Shown: positions 9,378 through 19,969 of the stretch, piece after piece | How the letters are laid out: the number at the start of each line of letters is the position of its first letter | Position numbering within the stretch: the stretch's first letter is position 1 | From: a virus | Taxonomy: Duplodnaviria > Caudoviricetes | Virus record (IMG/VR): IMGVR_UViG_3300002171_000009 | Coordinates: 1 to 61,513 of that record | Strand: one strand, 5' to 3' | Length of the DNA: 61,513 nt | The notes under the pieces: model-generated | Database searches by the model: none | Told to the model about the DNA's origin: nothing | Seen by the model: only the letters and a program-made list of their open reading frames with translations | Made by a program: the position numbers and the translations under genes

Positions 9378-10766
9378 TCAATAATTGAATACCTTGGCCT
9401 GTTCGGCGGCAAGATCGAACCCAGACGCGTTAAGCTGCTTTTTGCCCTTGGGGTCTTTCCTTTCTGCTTCGGTAAGCAGTTTGGCAGAATTGGTGATCTT
9501 CCATGCTTCGTACTCGGCGGGGTTAAGGGTCTTGACCTGAGTCCAAAGAGCATCCACTTCGCTTGCGGCGGCGGCATTGAGAGTCTTCTTAAACTCACCC
9601 TTGTTGGCCGCGTCTCTGGCGGTTACCTCATCCGTGGCCTTCTTCTGGAAAGCCTCGTTCAGGATCTTGTGTTCATTGGCAATGCCATCCAGCTTGGTTG
9701 TCAGTTCGGAGATCTTACCAGTCAGGGCGGTGATTGATGCCGCCTGCCCGGTTATGATCTCATTAGCAGCGTTGAGCTGCTTGGTAAAATCGGCCTTTAC
9801 GGCCTCGATGTCTTCTGCCATTTTATTAGCCTCGTTGAGCTTCTTTGGGCACTTTCTCACATTACCATCTGTCAGGACCAGCACGTCATCTGGTGCTTGG
9901 TTCTGAAATGGTCCACAGCCCATCGCCTGGGAGCAGGCTCCCTTAGTACCGTCAAAAAAATTCGCGTATTCTACCACGTTATAGGGACCTTCCTCGATTG
10001 CATCATAATGGATGCCGTCAAAGTCCCCGGTCTCGCTTTTGGTAATCGTAAAGTATCCAGGACTCGCATCTGGAAATTGCTTGTTTTGAATCTTTGCAAC
10101 CTCTTCTGGCTTCAGATCCTTTTTGTAATATCTGGAGATTCCAAAGATGTCTCGCTTATCATCCCTCGGGGTGGCAGATATAGCGTGACCTAGCCACCTG
10201 TCATCGGGCCTCAAGGTATCCGTTTGCAGATGCTTATCTGTAATAGGGACACCAAGGAACCGGGGCGCATTTGCCTTTAGGACTTCGTATTTCTTGAGGG
10301 TAGGAATGCCATTGGTGCCGGTGAATACTCCTTCCTTGGCAAAGACAGTCGGAACATCGAAGTATTCATCTGTCTCTATGATATCGCCATCCTGGTAGGC
10401 AGCGTTAAATGCCTTTACCGGGCTTTCTCCACTCAAAGATAAATCATCAAAAGAGATCTCATCATCCAATACCTTCTTTGCCTTTGCTTGGCCGCCCGCG
10501 CTCGCTCTAGCCCGCTTATGGATCTCCTCTTTGACCTGACCATAAATATGTGGATGGGAGGAGACGAACCGATGGAAGGCAGTTAGGTACTCGATGCTTG
10601 GGCCCGCATTCTCTAGCTTGCCTCCGCCTTCTGCCAGACCCTGTTTGATGCATTTCTCTTTAGCGGCTTTCATTCCTTCGGGCGTGCCATCATGGAGATA
10701 ACAGGCCCCGTTTTCACCCCATTTAAAACCGTTTTTTCCATTCTCGGAACATTCCATAATCGGCAA
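9378..10766 (-). CDS. prohead protease (DUF2213-like) fused to scaffold
   Basis: VPTVFAKEGVF..GVPITDKH..SPGY..GACS..GCG followed by a long coiled-coil C-terminus. Confidence 0.7.
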   Translation of the reverse strand: MPIMECSENGKNGFKWGENGACYLHDGTPEGMKAAKEKCIKQGLAEGGGKLENAGPSIEYLTAFHRFVSSHPHIYGQVKEEIHKRARASAGGQAKAKKVLDDEISFDDLSLSGESPVKAFNAAYQDGDIIETDEYFDVPTVFAKEGVFTGTNGIPTLKKYEVLKANAPRFLGVPITDKHLQTDTLRPDDRWLGHAISATPRDDKRDIFGISRYYKKDLKPEEVAKIQNKQFPDASPGYFTITKSETGDFDGIHYDAIEEGPYNVVEYANFFDGTKGACSQAMGCGPFQNQAPDDVLVLTDGNVRKCPKKLNEANKMAEDIEAVKADFTKQLNAANEIITGQAASITALTGKISELTTKLDGIANEHKILNEAFQKKATDEVTARDAANKGEFKKTLNAAAASEVDALWTQVKTLNPAEYEAWKITNSAKLLTEAERKDPKGKKQLNASGFDLAAEQAKVFNY

Positions 10767-12086
10767 TTATATCATCCCCCCATTCAGACGGCTATGTTCA
10801 TCGATCAATGCATTTATTCCAGCGGCAGCTAGCTCTTCATATCCCGCCTTCTTCCTAGCTTCGTTTATGCTAACGATGCCATTGGCGATATGAGACACCA
10901 AAATGTTATTTTCAGCGACCTTGTCCTCTTGTTTTATCGGCCACCAGTTATAAAATACCCTGGTGCCATCCTCAAAACCATTGTACCCTATGAGAATGGC
11001 TTCATCGAAGTGCTCAAATGGTGCAGCGCAGACTTCTCTCCAGCCCTGTGATAGAATCGTGAATAAGTCTAATGCCGGTTGGCTGCTCTTACTCAAGGTC
11101 TGGCCCATCGTATCAAGAATCTGAGTGGGGACCAAATGAAGCAGAAGTTTCCTCTCGATGTATTGATCTATGGCTTGAGCCGCTTCTGCGCCAGTCGTGG
11201 CTGGATACTCAAGTTTGCCTCCCGGTGGGAGGTTGAACGCGGTTCCTATGGACTGAGACTTGACTACCTCATCCATGAGGTCTTTTATTCCGGACGGAAG
11301 ACCATTAACGATTGAGGTATCCGTATTCTCGGAGAGCCATTTGGCCGCCTCTAAATCGAAGGTAGCAACTGCGTTTGGTACACCAACCCGTTGAACCGAC
11401 AGACCCAAACACTTTCTCACATAATGCCAAAAATCGATAGTTGGCATAATAGAAGCTAGGATGCTTTGGTTGCCCGGCAGCTCCCAGAATATATGTAGCA
11501 GCTCCTCTTCGGGAACTTCCACGGGCTCACCATACAGGCTCTGTGACTGATAGAAGTGCTTTTCGCCGGATGCTCTATCAACTATGATACCCTGCAAGAG
11601 AGGGTCACGCCAAAACTTATTGGAATCAGACGCATTGGCGGGTGCTTTACCAAACGATTCAGCAGGAAGCCTATTGAACGTGTCGGGAATCGTCCAATTG
11701 CCATCTGTCTTCAGAGAATAATTGAAAATGCTGTGTCTAAAACCAATGGTGTCATAATAGGCCCATCGGATTGACTCCAGTGGCTTAACGACCTTATGGG
11801 CCACGCCAAGGCCTTTCTTGGCTTCCTGAAGCTTCGCTTCGGGCCATATTTGCCCATCCGGTGGGATGATTTCTACATCAAAACCGGGGAACGCAGCCAT
11901 CGCTATAGGCACTATGGCCTCTTGGATAGGCGGCACCGAGAAGGCGGATACAATGGATGCAGGATTTATGGCCGTGCTTCTAGCGGTATATGTATTAGCG
12001 GCATATGCGGGTTGAGAAGACACCGCCGGCCTGGTGGAGCCGGCCGCATTGGTTAGCTTCTTGTAAGGGCGATGGATTTTTGTCAT
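10767..12086 (-). CDS. portal protein
   Basis: 439 aa directly after TerL; EELLHI, RVGVP and GIVSINEARKKAGY motifs. Confidence 0.8.
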   Translation of the reverse strand: MTKIHRPYKKLTNAAGSTRPAVSSQPAYAANTYTARSTAINPASIVSAFSVPPIQEAIVPIAMAAFPGFDVEIIPPDGQIWPEAKLQEAKKGLGVAHKVVKPLESIRWAYYDTIGFRHSIFNYSLKTDGNWTIPDTFNRLPAESFGKAPANASDSNKFWRDPLLQGIIVDRASGEKHFYQSQSLYGEPVEVPEEELLHIFWELPGNQSILASIMPTIDFWHYVRKCLGLSVQRVGVPNAVATFDLEAAKWLSENTDTSIVNGLPSGIKDLMDEVVKSQSIGTAFNLPPGGKLEYPATTGAEAAQAIDQYIERKLLLHLVPTQILDTMGQTLSKSSQPALDLFTILSQGWREVCAAPFEHFDEAILIGYNGFEDGTRVFYNWWPIKQEDKVAENNILVSHIANGIVSINEARKKAGYEELAAAGINALIDEHSRLNGGMI

Positions 12087-13669
12087 GCATAAACCGCTTT
12101 GCTGGAGATTTGCATATGGAGTTTCTTCTTAGCGTTCTGTATTCCTTCCAGACACATCTCAATGGCATCTACGCCATCATCATGCGCGTTCTTGTCAGGG
12201 AAGATCCTAAATTGGTTGATCAATTCCCTGTAAACCTTCGCCCAGTCTTCCCTAAAGCACAATTGCCCGTTGTTAAAATGCGCCTCAAGCGATCGAATCC
12301 TGTCATCTTTGTGCTTAGTATGCCAGATAGGGATGTAAGGCACTGCTGTGCCCGCCTTCTGCTGCTCCTGCTTGAGCACGATCTCAAAATTGCTCCTATG
12401 TCCCTTCATCCAGGCAGATTGCGCAATCTCGAGGGAGTTGGCTTCTATCCAGACAGTGCGATAATTATATTGCTGCTGGGCTTCTATGAGCTTGCTTATC
12501 GATTTGCTTTGCACATCTACAGACAGATCGCATTCCCACACCAGCCATCTGCCATCTGGGAGGACGGTAATTGTGACCAAAGCGGCGTAATCGTTGCCGC
12601 CTTTGGAGAGATCGAGAGCGGCATAGAAGGCACATTTGGAGAGATCAACCTTCCCGGGTGCAACCATCAAATCTTCGATTTTTTGTACATTGAATATGGC
12701 ATACTCGTCATTGTGCGGGTCTTGCTGATAGACCGACATCCAATCGTAATGCGATTTCGCCTTTGCAGACAAATAATATTTCTCGGGATATCTTTCGGGC
12801 CACAGCCATTCTCCCGGTTGCCTATGATCGTATTCGTTTGGAGCTATCGCTTCAGCTGGAAACTTCAGAACGGTCCATTGATCATTGTTTGGATCTTCTT
12901 CGGCCTTCTTGAGAAGAGTGCCTGCCAAATCTTCCTCATTCCAGCGCGTGACTGTCAGCAAAAGCCGGGCATTGGCTTGTCCCTCGCCACTCGTTGATTG
13001 CCTAGTCCAGAAATCGCCATCATACCAGGACTGTACTCGCTCTCGGATGGCTTTGGATTCAGCATCATTTCGACCCCGGAATGGATCATCTATTATCCCA
13101 TGTGTCATGGGATTTCCAGAAATACCGCCGCCGATGCCGGTGCATACATAGCTTCCGGTGTGATCCACGATCTCGAAATTATCGGCGTTCTTCAGCCAAG
13201 TATTATTTGCAACTGTGACTATGTTTTTGCCAAACAATTTTGAATCGGGAAAGACCTCACTGTAAGCCTTGGATGTCATGATCCGTTGGACGGATCTATT
13301 CATTTTGCGAGCCAAATGTGAGCCATAGGACGCGGTTATGATTTTGGCTTCGGGATCTTTACCGAAAATCCAGGCCGGGAGATTGCGGCTCACAAGCTCG
13401 CTTTTCCCATGCTGAACAGGCATGAAGAGCATGAGGCGAGTTATGGCATCTTCACCTTGCCCGAAGGCCCACCTTTCCAGATAGGAACAGATTACCTTAT
13501 GATACCAGGCCGGGCGATAGTTAGGTTTTACATAAAGGATGAAATCAAGTAGACTTTGCCTCGCCAGTTCCTGATCGATCTCCTTCAAGCTTGCTTCTAA
13601 TGGATCTAAGCTGCCTAAGTTCGTCGGGTGATAGCTTGGAGAGATCTGGTTTAATGCTGACGTTGACAT
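12083..13669 (-). CDS. terL: terminase large subunit
   Basis: Walker A MPVQHGKSE, IIDDP Walker B, TRWNEEDLAG, YQQDP, nuclease ALDLS and HDDGVDA. Confidence 0.95.
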   Translation of the reverse strand: MSTSALNQISPSYHPTNLGSLDPLEASLKEIDQELARQSLLDFILYVKPNYRPAWYHKVICSYLERWAFGQGEDAITRLMLFMPVQHGKSELVSRNLPAWIFGKDPEAKIITASYGSHLARKMNRSVQRIMTSKAYSEVFPDSKLFGKNIVTVANNTWLKNADNFEIVDHTGSYVCTGIGGGISGNPMTHGIIDDPFRGRNDAESKAIRERVQSWYDGDFWTRQSTSGEGQANARLLLTVTRWNEEDLAGTLLKKAEEDPNNDQWTVLKFPAEAIAPNEYDHRQPGEWLWPERYPEKYYLSAKAKSHYDWMSVYQQDPHNDEYAIFNVQKIEDLMVAPGKVDLSKCAFYAALDLSKGGNDYAALVTITVLPDGRWLVWECDLSVDVQSKSISKLIEAQQQYNYRTVWIEANSLEIAQSAWMKGHRSNFEIVLKQEQQKAGTAVPYIPIWHTKHKDDRIRSLEAHFNNGQLCFREDWAKVYRELINQFRIFPDKNAHDDGVDAIEMCLEGIQNAKKKLHMQISSKAVYA

Positions 13670-14090
13670 CTGCTTGTACTTCCGGTTTCACAAAATTGAT
13701 AATAGTAGATAGCATCCTCTGCAATGCCTGCGAAGCCGCCAATCTGTCCCTCGCCGTCTCGAGCGCAACCGGCTCATCTCCCCCTTCGCTTGCCTTGATG
13801 AGCTTCCTGAGGCTTTCTATCTCATCATCCGTGTATTGCAGGTACTTATTGGCCCACTTGTCAGCATCGTCCAGGATCTTGGAGCGGACAGCCTCAACCT
13901 TTGCCTCATTCTCCTGCTTCGTTTCCGCTCTTATCTCATCAAGAGCCTTTTGGACGGTGACATAGGACACCCGGACCTGGAACTTGGTCCAAATCAAGGT
14001 GGACAATGCGCGCGAGGAGACCGTTCTGTTGTCCGATATATATTGCCTGATCTTCGGAGTGATCTTAGTCTTTGCGCCCATCAAAATCAA
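13545..14090 (-). CDS. terS: terminase small subunit (putative)
   Basis: HTH-like N-terminus, helical body, DLSKLSPDELRQL tail; overlaps the TerL start. Confidence 0.7.
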   Translation of the reverse strand: MILMGAKTKITPKIRQYISDNRTVSSRALSTLIWTKFQVRVSYVTVQKALDEIRAETKQENEAKVEAVRSKILDDADKWANKYLQYTDDEIESLRKLIKASEGGDEPVALETARDRLAASQALQRMLSTIINFVKPEVQADVNVSIKPDLSKLSPDELRQLRSIRSKLEGDRSGTGEAKST

Positions 14091-14139
14091 AACCGATATC
14101 AGTAATTACGATTAACATGTTAAGATTGGTAAGATACTG

Positions 14140-14540
14140 GTAAAATATCGCCCCCTCTCACAGGGCAATGTCCAAGGTAGTCGAGCTTTCCAGATACGTA
14201 AGGTCCGCCGCGTCGTAACTGTGATGCTGTTGGGCTACCAGATCCGCCCTGAAGGACGTCGGCGGCATTACCCGCCCGATCTGGATTTATGCCCTACAAT
14301 CGCTATCATCCAGCACATGATAGAGGTCAGTTGATGACAAGTAAAGCCCGCCCGCCCCCTACTAGCCTTCGTGTGACCTGCAAACAAAACACGCGCATGC
14401 AGACCAATTTCAACCGCCTCTCAAGCGGAACGTTCAGAGCGACTTACCGGGCAAACGAATATGTGATTAGAAGAGGCCGCCCGTGCCTAGCGGACGGTCA
14501 AGGAAACCCGCAAAGATTCCTGCCCTGTAGGGCATTAGTA
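14140..14540 (-). ncRNA. putative structured non-coding RNA
   Basis: TATAAATA about 20 nt upstream; 10-bp long-range stem 14526-14535/14289-14298; many nested hairpins; no credible ORF. Confidence 0.45.
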
Positions 14541-15268
14541 CCTTGTTTTGTTCCTATTTATAGATTACGAGAGCCGAGGAAAGGGAGGAATCAAACCTCG
14601 GCTCAATGGGAGGATTTGATGATTATGAAAGGCAGGCGACTGCTAACCAACCAATGGCGCTTTGCCTGCCATCACACGTTGTCTCGCGCATCACATTTAG
14701 CTCTGAGAGCTTGGTTATGTCTGGTTCGATGGCGAGAGCCTTTCATTGCGTCCTATAGGATGACTATGATATGCGGCACAAGTCGCGGTTTATCGCTGCT
14801 TCTTTCCCATGTCGCTTGATGATTTGTAGGCCGCTCATATCTCCGCTGAAACGTGGCATTTTGCGCATTCTCAGACAGGATCATAGCCCATGTGAGCAGC
14901 CCTAATATAGATTGGCATTATTATCTTTGATATGCACAAGATTGAAATATTCCAGCTCGTCGATATCGTCTAGGCCACGTTCGGACTTGCGTCTCATCCC
15001 AAACATAATCTGTCTATCGCGGGAGTAATCAATTCGGCCCATTCTGGTTTCCCCCATTTAGGCAGGCGTTGCCCGCCATCGGCTACATGTGATATGAGAG
15101 GCGGTTGATCTGGCAGATCGAGGCCAAGATTTCCGGCATGATGCTTTTCGAAATATTGCTCTTCGCTTAGATGTTGCCCAACGAATCTGAGATAGGCGGG
15201 CTTATTCCGATCAGTGGCTTGCGCTTTTATCATGAAACCTCGATATTATCGACTTATGGAGGACAACC

Positions 15269-15706
15269 TTAACCCGGGTTGCCGGCGAAAGTTGCCCGCC
15301 AAGCCCTGCGAGACCGGCGGGGCAAATCAGACTTCGCGGGGGGAGGCGTCCTTTCCCTGATAATCCTCTCACCGGAGCCTCTTATTACGATATCTATAAT
15401 TTCGGGTGAATTTGGAGTATTGAAAACCGACTTGCAAATGGGACAATATGCCTGCCCATCTTCATCAAAATCTATGACGCATTGGCATTTCTTGCAGCCA
15501 TGCCGAACGAATTGCGTGTCATAATCTTCGCCACGATTTAAGTTAGAAAAAGAATTTTTTGCTCGGAGTTCCTTGATTGTCAAAATTCCATGAGGCCCGC
15601 TAAAGACGGGCTCGATCTCACTATCCCATGCTTGACCAGGTTTCCCCACAGTCTCCCTCCGGGTAAAAATTGTTTGGTTCGTGATATCTAGGAGATAGAT
15701 TGGCAT
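15269..15706 (-). CDS. zinc-ribbon protein
   Basis: CKKC...CPIC. Confidence 0.6.
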   Translation of the reverse strand: MPIYLLDITNQTIFTRRETVGKPGQAWDSEIEPVFSGPHGILTIKELRAKNSFSNLNRGEDYDTQFVRHGCKKCQCVIDFDEDGQAYCPICKSVFNTPNSPEIIDIVIRGSGERIIRERTPPPAKSDLPRRSRRAWRATFAGNPG

Positions 15707-15724
15707 GCTCCTATATATATTTAT

Positions 15725-16054
15725 CTACGCATCTCCCACCAATTTCACGCATTTATTCTTTCCCTGCCATTTTCGGCCTTCGATCATCGCACGCGCTTCA
15801 TTTCGATAGCATGTACTTATCTCACGACGGTTGGGAAATGGTTTACAATAGAATCCGGTTTCAAAACGATTAAATGTCCTCCATGCACGCCGCAAATATT
15901 GATTGGTTGTTCCTGCGCGCCCTCCTGCTACTCCATTTGATACTTCAAAACATTTTTTTGTACAATAAACATGCCTATTACCGGGATGCGGTGGGTGATC
16001 CACTTCTTTCCCGCATCCAGCACATCTATATTTTCCAGTAAGCCCAACAAGCAT
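15725..16054 (-). CDS. zinc-finger protein
   Basis: CAGCG...YCTKKC. Confidence 0.55.
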   Translation of the reverse strand: MLVGLTGKYRCAGCGKEVDHPPHPGNRHVYCTKKCFEVSNGVAGGRAGTTNQYLRRAWRTFNRFETGFYCKPFPNRREISTCYRNEARAMIEGRKWQGKNKCVKLVGDA

Positions 16055-16968
16055 GACTCATCCCCCTATTCACTTTCACCCTATCCACCACTCTTGCTTT
16101 ATATAACCGCCTGAGCACCTTCCCAATCACAATTCGATCTTTGTCGGGAAAATATGGCATCAGATCAGATCCGATCATAGCTTGATATCGATTATGTGGC
16201 AGCTTTTCCAAGATGAGTTCTCCGAGTTGCGGAGTGAATGAGATAGTTGCACCTGCCATCAGATCTCGCCTCTCCTAATCTTCCCATGATATTCGGCAAT
16301 CATCGCCTTCAAACCTGCCAGTTGCTCGACTGATAGATTGCCAAAATGTGTATTGGCCTCTTGCTTGTCATTGACATCGATCTGCAGTCTGACTATAGGC
16401 ATGAAAATGCTCCTTGCAACTCAAGTGGCTCACCGTCACATTCAAGCATAGCCGGATATGCGCCTGATTCTAGCTGCCAACATAAGAATGCAGCGGCCTG
16501 GAGTGATGCTTGATCTTCGGACCGCGCATAGGTTGTGCCCACCCATCCACTCATTCACCGATCGCCGCCCATAATAGAATTGCAACCACGCAAATGATGA
16601 ATTCTACAAAGAACCATCCAGCGGTTTGTAATCCGAATTCTGACTGGTATACCAATGCCAGAACAGCAGTAATTATCGCTGCTCCTATACTGACGATTCC
16701 CGCGACCAATGCGGCTTTTGGGAAATCCATGTCAGTCATTTCCATGCACCTGCCTTCTTGAATCTCTGCATTGCTTCCGCTCTTCGTTGTGCCTTTTCCG
16801 CCCGAAGTTCTGCCTTCGATTTGCCAGGTTCTCCCGGATCGCTTACCGGCATTCTGACGGTCATTTGTTCGAGTGCTGTTATTGGACTAGAATGATTTGT
16901 ATCAATGTCTGCCCGATGAGTGCGGCCCATCGCGGTATTGCCCGAATAAAATATACATGGCCCGAGAC

Positions 16969-17763
16969 TCATCCTTTCAGCTCCTTGATCCTTTTCGCGA
17001 CCTCGACGGGCGGCATATTCACATCAGCCCGTCTCAAGCGCTGGGAAATGTCGATATCGAGATCTCCGGCCATGTGCCACTTCATGATATGATCATCAAC
17101 TTTCTTTTTGTCCGGTGAGGCTCTTATGCCGAAATCGATCCTCTGTTCATTGGCGGGACATTTACCAAGTTTGCAAGCAGGCCCTTTGCTCACGTTCTCT
17201 GTGGTGACCTTAGCGACCTTTTCTCCCTGCCCCGAGCAATTACCTTCCGGATTGGTTTTATCAGCCTTCTTGGTCATAGGAGGGGCATCCACGTGGATTC
17301 TAGGATCTACCAGAGAAGCAACTTTCTTGATTGCCTGCTGATATTCTTCCTTCTTCTTCTCCTGTTGCTTCATTCGACCAAGCCACCCGGCTATTTGATG
17401 CCCATTCATGGCAATATCGTGTTCCTTGACCAGATGTTCCTGAATGGTCATCGCGTTCAGGCCCGCATTGATGTAGTCACGAAAGATTGCTTCAAGTTTC
17501 GCAGTTCTCTCTTTCGGTGGTGCTCGGGTTGGTAGGATGGTCTGTGGTTGCACAGAATTGGCAAGGCTCAACGATCGCCCCATGTCTGGTAATCTAATCT
17601 CATCCTCCGGAGAAGTCTTGTCTACGGGCTTCTGGTGAGTTCCTATGTAATCTAGGACATTGGCCGGGGTGGTGTATTGCTTCTCGCCCACGAGATCTTC
17701 GCGGCCTTCATGCCATTTCATGTAGGCGATGAGTTCCTGGATTGTGCCCTCAATGATTTTCAT
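16969..17763 (-). CDS. hypothetical protein, possibly with HTH-like segments
   Basis: 264-aa ORF translationally coupled to its neighbours. Confidence 0.5.
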   Translation of the reverse strand: MKIIEGTIQELIAYMKWHEGREDLVGEKQYTTPANVLDYIGTHQKPVDKTSPEDEIRLPDMGRSLSLANSVQPQTILPTRAPPKERTAKLEAIFRDYINAGLNAMTIQEHLVKEHDIAMNGHQIAGWLGRMKQQEKKKEEYQQAIKKVASLVDPRIHVDAPPMTKKADKTNPEGNCSGQGEKVAKVTTENVSKGPACKLGKCPANEQRIDFGIRASPDKKKVDDHIMKWHMAGDLDIDISQRLRRADVNMPPVEVAKRIKELKG

Positions 17764-17971
17764 GCCAACTCCTCAGGCAACCCATTTATCAAACCGTATA
17801 ATGCCGACAGAAAAACGGTTGCACACATCGCTCCAAAAACTACATCCGCAATTTCCGACGGCATGAGATGCAATGAGACAACTTTGAACATTATCCAAAA
17901 CGCTATCCCAATAACTATAAATAACATAGATATCGCGATTGGATAAAATATTACGGCTTCCAATGTTTTAT

Positions 17972-18247
17972 TCATCTTATGATCTCCCTGAGCAATTCCT
18001 CATCTAACTTCCCGCCCGGAAATAACTGCTCTGCCACATACCAATCATCTCGCGTTATGCCGCCGATTGCGATTCTCTTATGTAGGATCGGGCCTTCCAG
18101 CACGAAAATGTTCTCTGTCCTCAATTCCGCCATGATCTTTGCCGAGGTCATATCAGCCAGCATGTAGGCTTTTCCGCTTGCGACTAGCCATTTGCGCAGT
18201 TCTTCGCAACGTGGACATTGTGGACCTGTCGTAAAAATGGTTATCAA
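17972..18247 (-). CDS. glutaredoxin/NrdH-like protein
   Basis: ITIFTTGPQCPRCEELRKWL (CxxC) and a later GP motif; 91 aa. Confidence 0.75.
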   Translation of the reverse strand: MITIFTTGPQCPRCEELRKWLVASGKAYMLADMTSAKIMAELRTENIFVLEGPILHKRIAIGGITRDDWYVAEQLFPGGKLDEELLREIIR

Positions 18248-18975
18248 ATCAACTGCCTCCTCTCGGTCTTCTCCTGGCCTCTCTTCTCGCTTCTTGAATT
18301 GCTTTCTGTTTCTCTTCCGCGTCCCGAATACGTTTGGAAGGAATTGTATGCAAGTACGCCTTTGTCATTTATCCTCGGCCACCAAGCAAGCTTGACACCG
18401 ATACGCCACTTTCTCGTCGCCTCCCAGATCATCCCCAAATATATTGCAGGCCGGGTTGGTAAACTTGCCAGTGCCATGCAAATCCACATATGCAAGTCCT
18501 TGGCATTGGTCGCAGATCTTAGATTTGCAAGCAATAGATACCATGATGGTTCTGTCCTGCCAACCTGATGCATTTGCATCCTCGATATCCAAGCCCCGGA
18601 GGTTGGCAAACTCCTCTATGGCCTTGACTGCTTGTGATGCGTCATGATGCGCACTTAAGGTAATCTCTTCGTCTCTGCCTGTCAGGTATGCCGCGAAATC
18701 GAATAGGGCACCTGCTATAGATTTATCCATTTTCGTCATTTCAAATCACCGTCACATATTTTGGGCTGATCAGCCAAGGATATTTGGCGTCATCCAAATA
18801 TAGCGTATCTACATTCGCACCGACCACGATGTGCATTCCTTCCGGGCAAAATTCATCATTTGGCCTGACCGATACTTGTTTTCCGATATAGTCTTCTGGT
18901 TTCATGGTTCTACCTTCTGGCGAGAAGAGGTTATCTGCTGCTTCCATCACGCTTTCGGAGAATCCGTATGGCATT

Positions 18976-19230
18976 TCAGATTGCCTCGATTAGCAATGCG
19001 CCGCTTTCTGTCTCAGTGCATCGCACCCTTGCTCCTTTGCATAATCCATGCTGCTTGATCCATTCCACAGGCAGGCTCATGTTCAGGCCGTATTTGCCGC
19101 CGCCTTGATGGATTAAGCTTCTGATCTGATTTTTGATCATGGATTGGTATATGGTTGAATAGGTATTTATATTCATCGGTTGTCGAAGTCTAGGACACAT
19201 TGGCCGACATATTGAGCGACAGGTGGACAT
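18976..19230 (-). CDS. AbrB/SpoVT-type DNA-binding protein (true start probably downstream)
   Basis: GG..MSLPVEWIKQHGLCKGARV....GALLI pattern. Confidence 0.7.
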   Translation of the reverse strand: MSTCRSICRPMCPRLRQPMNINTYSTIYQSMIKNQIRSLIHQGGGKYGLNMSLPVEWIKQHGLCKGARVRCTETESGALLIEAI

Positions 19231-19964
19231 ATTGCGTTTCCTAATCCTCGGAGTCGATTATTGAGGTGTATCCCTCCGGAAATCCCATCATCCATTCTAC
19301 AAACTCTGGTTTGATCTTCGCACCCCTTCCACATTCTAGGTAATCCTGGTATAGTCTTGGTTCCCATTTCAGGGAACTCCCAATCGAGGCCCCACTTTTT
19401 CGAGTCGTTCCACCACTTATCAGAATTTCCGCCGTTTTTGGTGAATATGTACTTACCAGACCAATACTTGCCTCTGGCGTGGGCAACAACGAATACACGT
19501 TCTCTCCGATGAGGGGCACCAACGGAGGAAGCAGATAGCATCTGCCATTCCGCATCATACCCGCTTTCGGCCAACGATCCAAGTACTTCATCGAGCCCCC
19601 TGTTAAGCAACGCTGCCACGTTCTCCACAAGGACGTATCGAGGTCGTACCAGGCGAATGATCCTGAGCATTTCCCACCAGAGGCCGCTTCTCGCGGCGTG
19701 GATACCGGCCCCTTTTCCTGCGCAAGAGATGTCCTGACAGGGGAATCCTCCACAGATAACGTCCACTTGTCCAAGGTCATGTAACTCACTTTCTCCTAAC
19801 TTCGTTATGTCCTCAAAGCATGACACATCTGGCCAATGCTTCGCCAATACCTTCCTGCAAAATGGATCAATTTCACAAAATGCAATAGTTTGAAAGCCTT
19901 TGGTTGCTTCTAAACCAAGTGAAAAGCCTCCTATTCCGCTAAATAGATCTAGGACTTTTAGCAT
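19173..19964 (-). CDS. dcm: C5-cytosine DNA methyltransferase, main chain
   Basis: DLFSGIGG, GGFPCQ, ENV, RERVF and LGNAI motifs; no motif IX in this frame. Confidence 0.93.
   Translation of the reverse strand: MLKVLDLFSGIGGFSLGLEATKGFQTIAFCEIDPFCRKVLAKHWPDVSCFEDITKLGESELHDLGQVDVICGGFPCQDISCAGKGAGIHAARSGLWWEMLRIIRLVRPRYVLVENVAALLNRGLDEVLGSLAESGYDAEWQMLSASSVGAPHRRERVFVVAHARGKYWSGKYIFTKNGGNSDKWWNDSKKWGLDWEFPEMGTKTIPGLPRMWKGCEDQTRVCRMDDGISGGIHLNNRLRGLGNAICPPVAQYVGQCVLDFDNR
19241..19789 (-). CDS. nested alternative-frame polypeptide carrying C5-MTase motif IX
   Basis: Wholly inside dcm in another frame; ends KIKPEFVEWMMGFPEGYT; same layout as the M.EcoHK31I alpha/beta pair. Confidence 0.75.
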   Translation of the reverse strand: MSYMTLDKWTLSVEDSPVRTSLAQEKGPVSTPREAASGGKCSGSFAWYDLDTSLWRTWQRCLTGGSMKYLDRWPKAGMMRNGRCYLLPPLVPLIGENVYSLLPTPEASIGLVSTYSPKTAEILISGGTTRKSGASIGSSLKWEPRLYQDYLECGRGAKIKPEFVEWMMGFPEGYTSIIDSED

Positions 19965-19969
19965 TTTGA

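Noticed and set aside
12005-12997. 330-aa plus-strand ORF and similar long antisense ORFs
   Set aside because: Shadows of well-supported minus-strand genes such as TerL.
14289-14819. 176-aa plus-strand ORF
   Set aside because: Arg/Pro-rich with no motif, antisense to the local transcription direction, and overlapping strong hairpins; likely spurious.
14330-14850. TGATGA and CTGA boxes as C/D-box sRNAs; GTTCAGAGCGACT as a group I intron core
   Set aside because: Box spacing does not fit C-D'-C'-D, and no matching P7 partner or interrupted gene was found.
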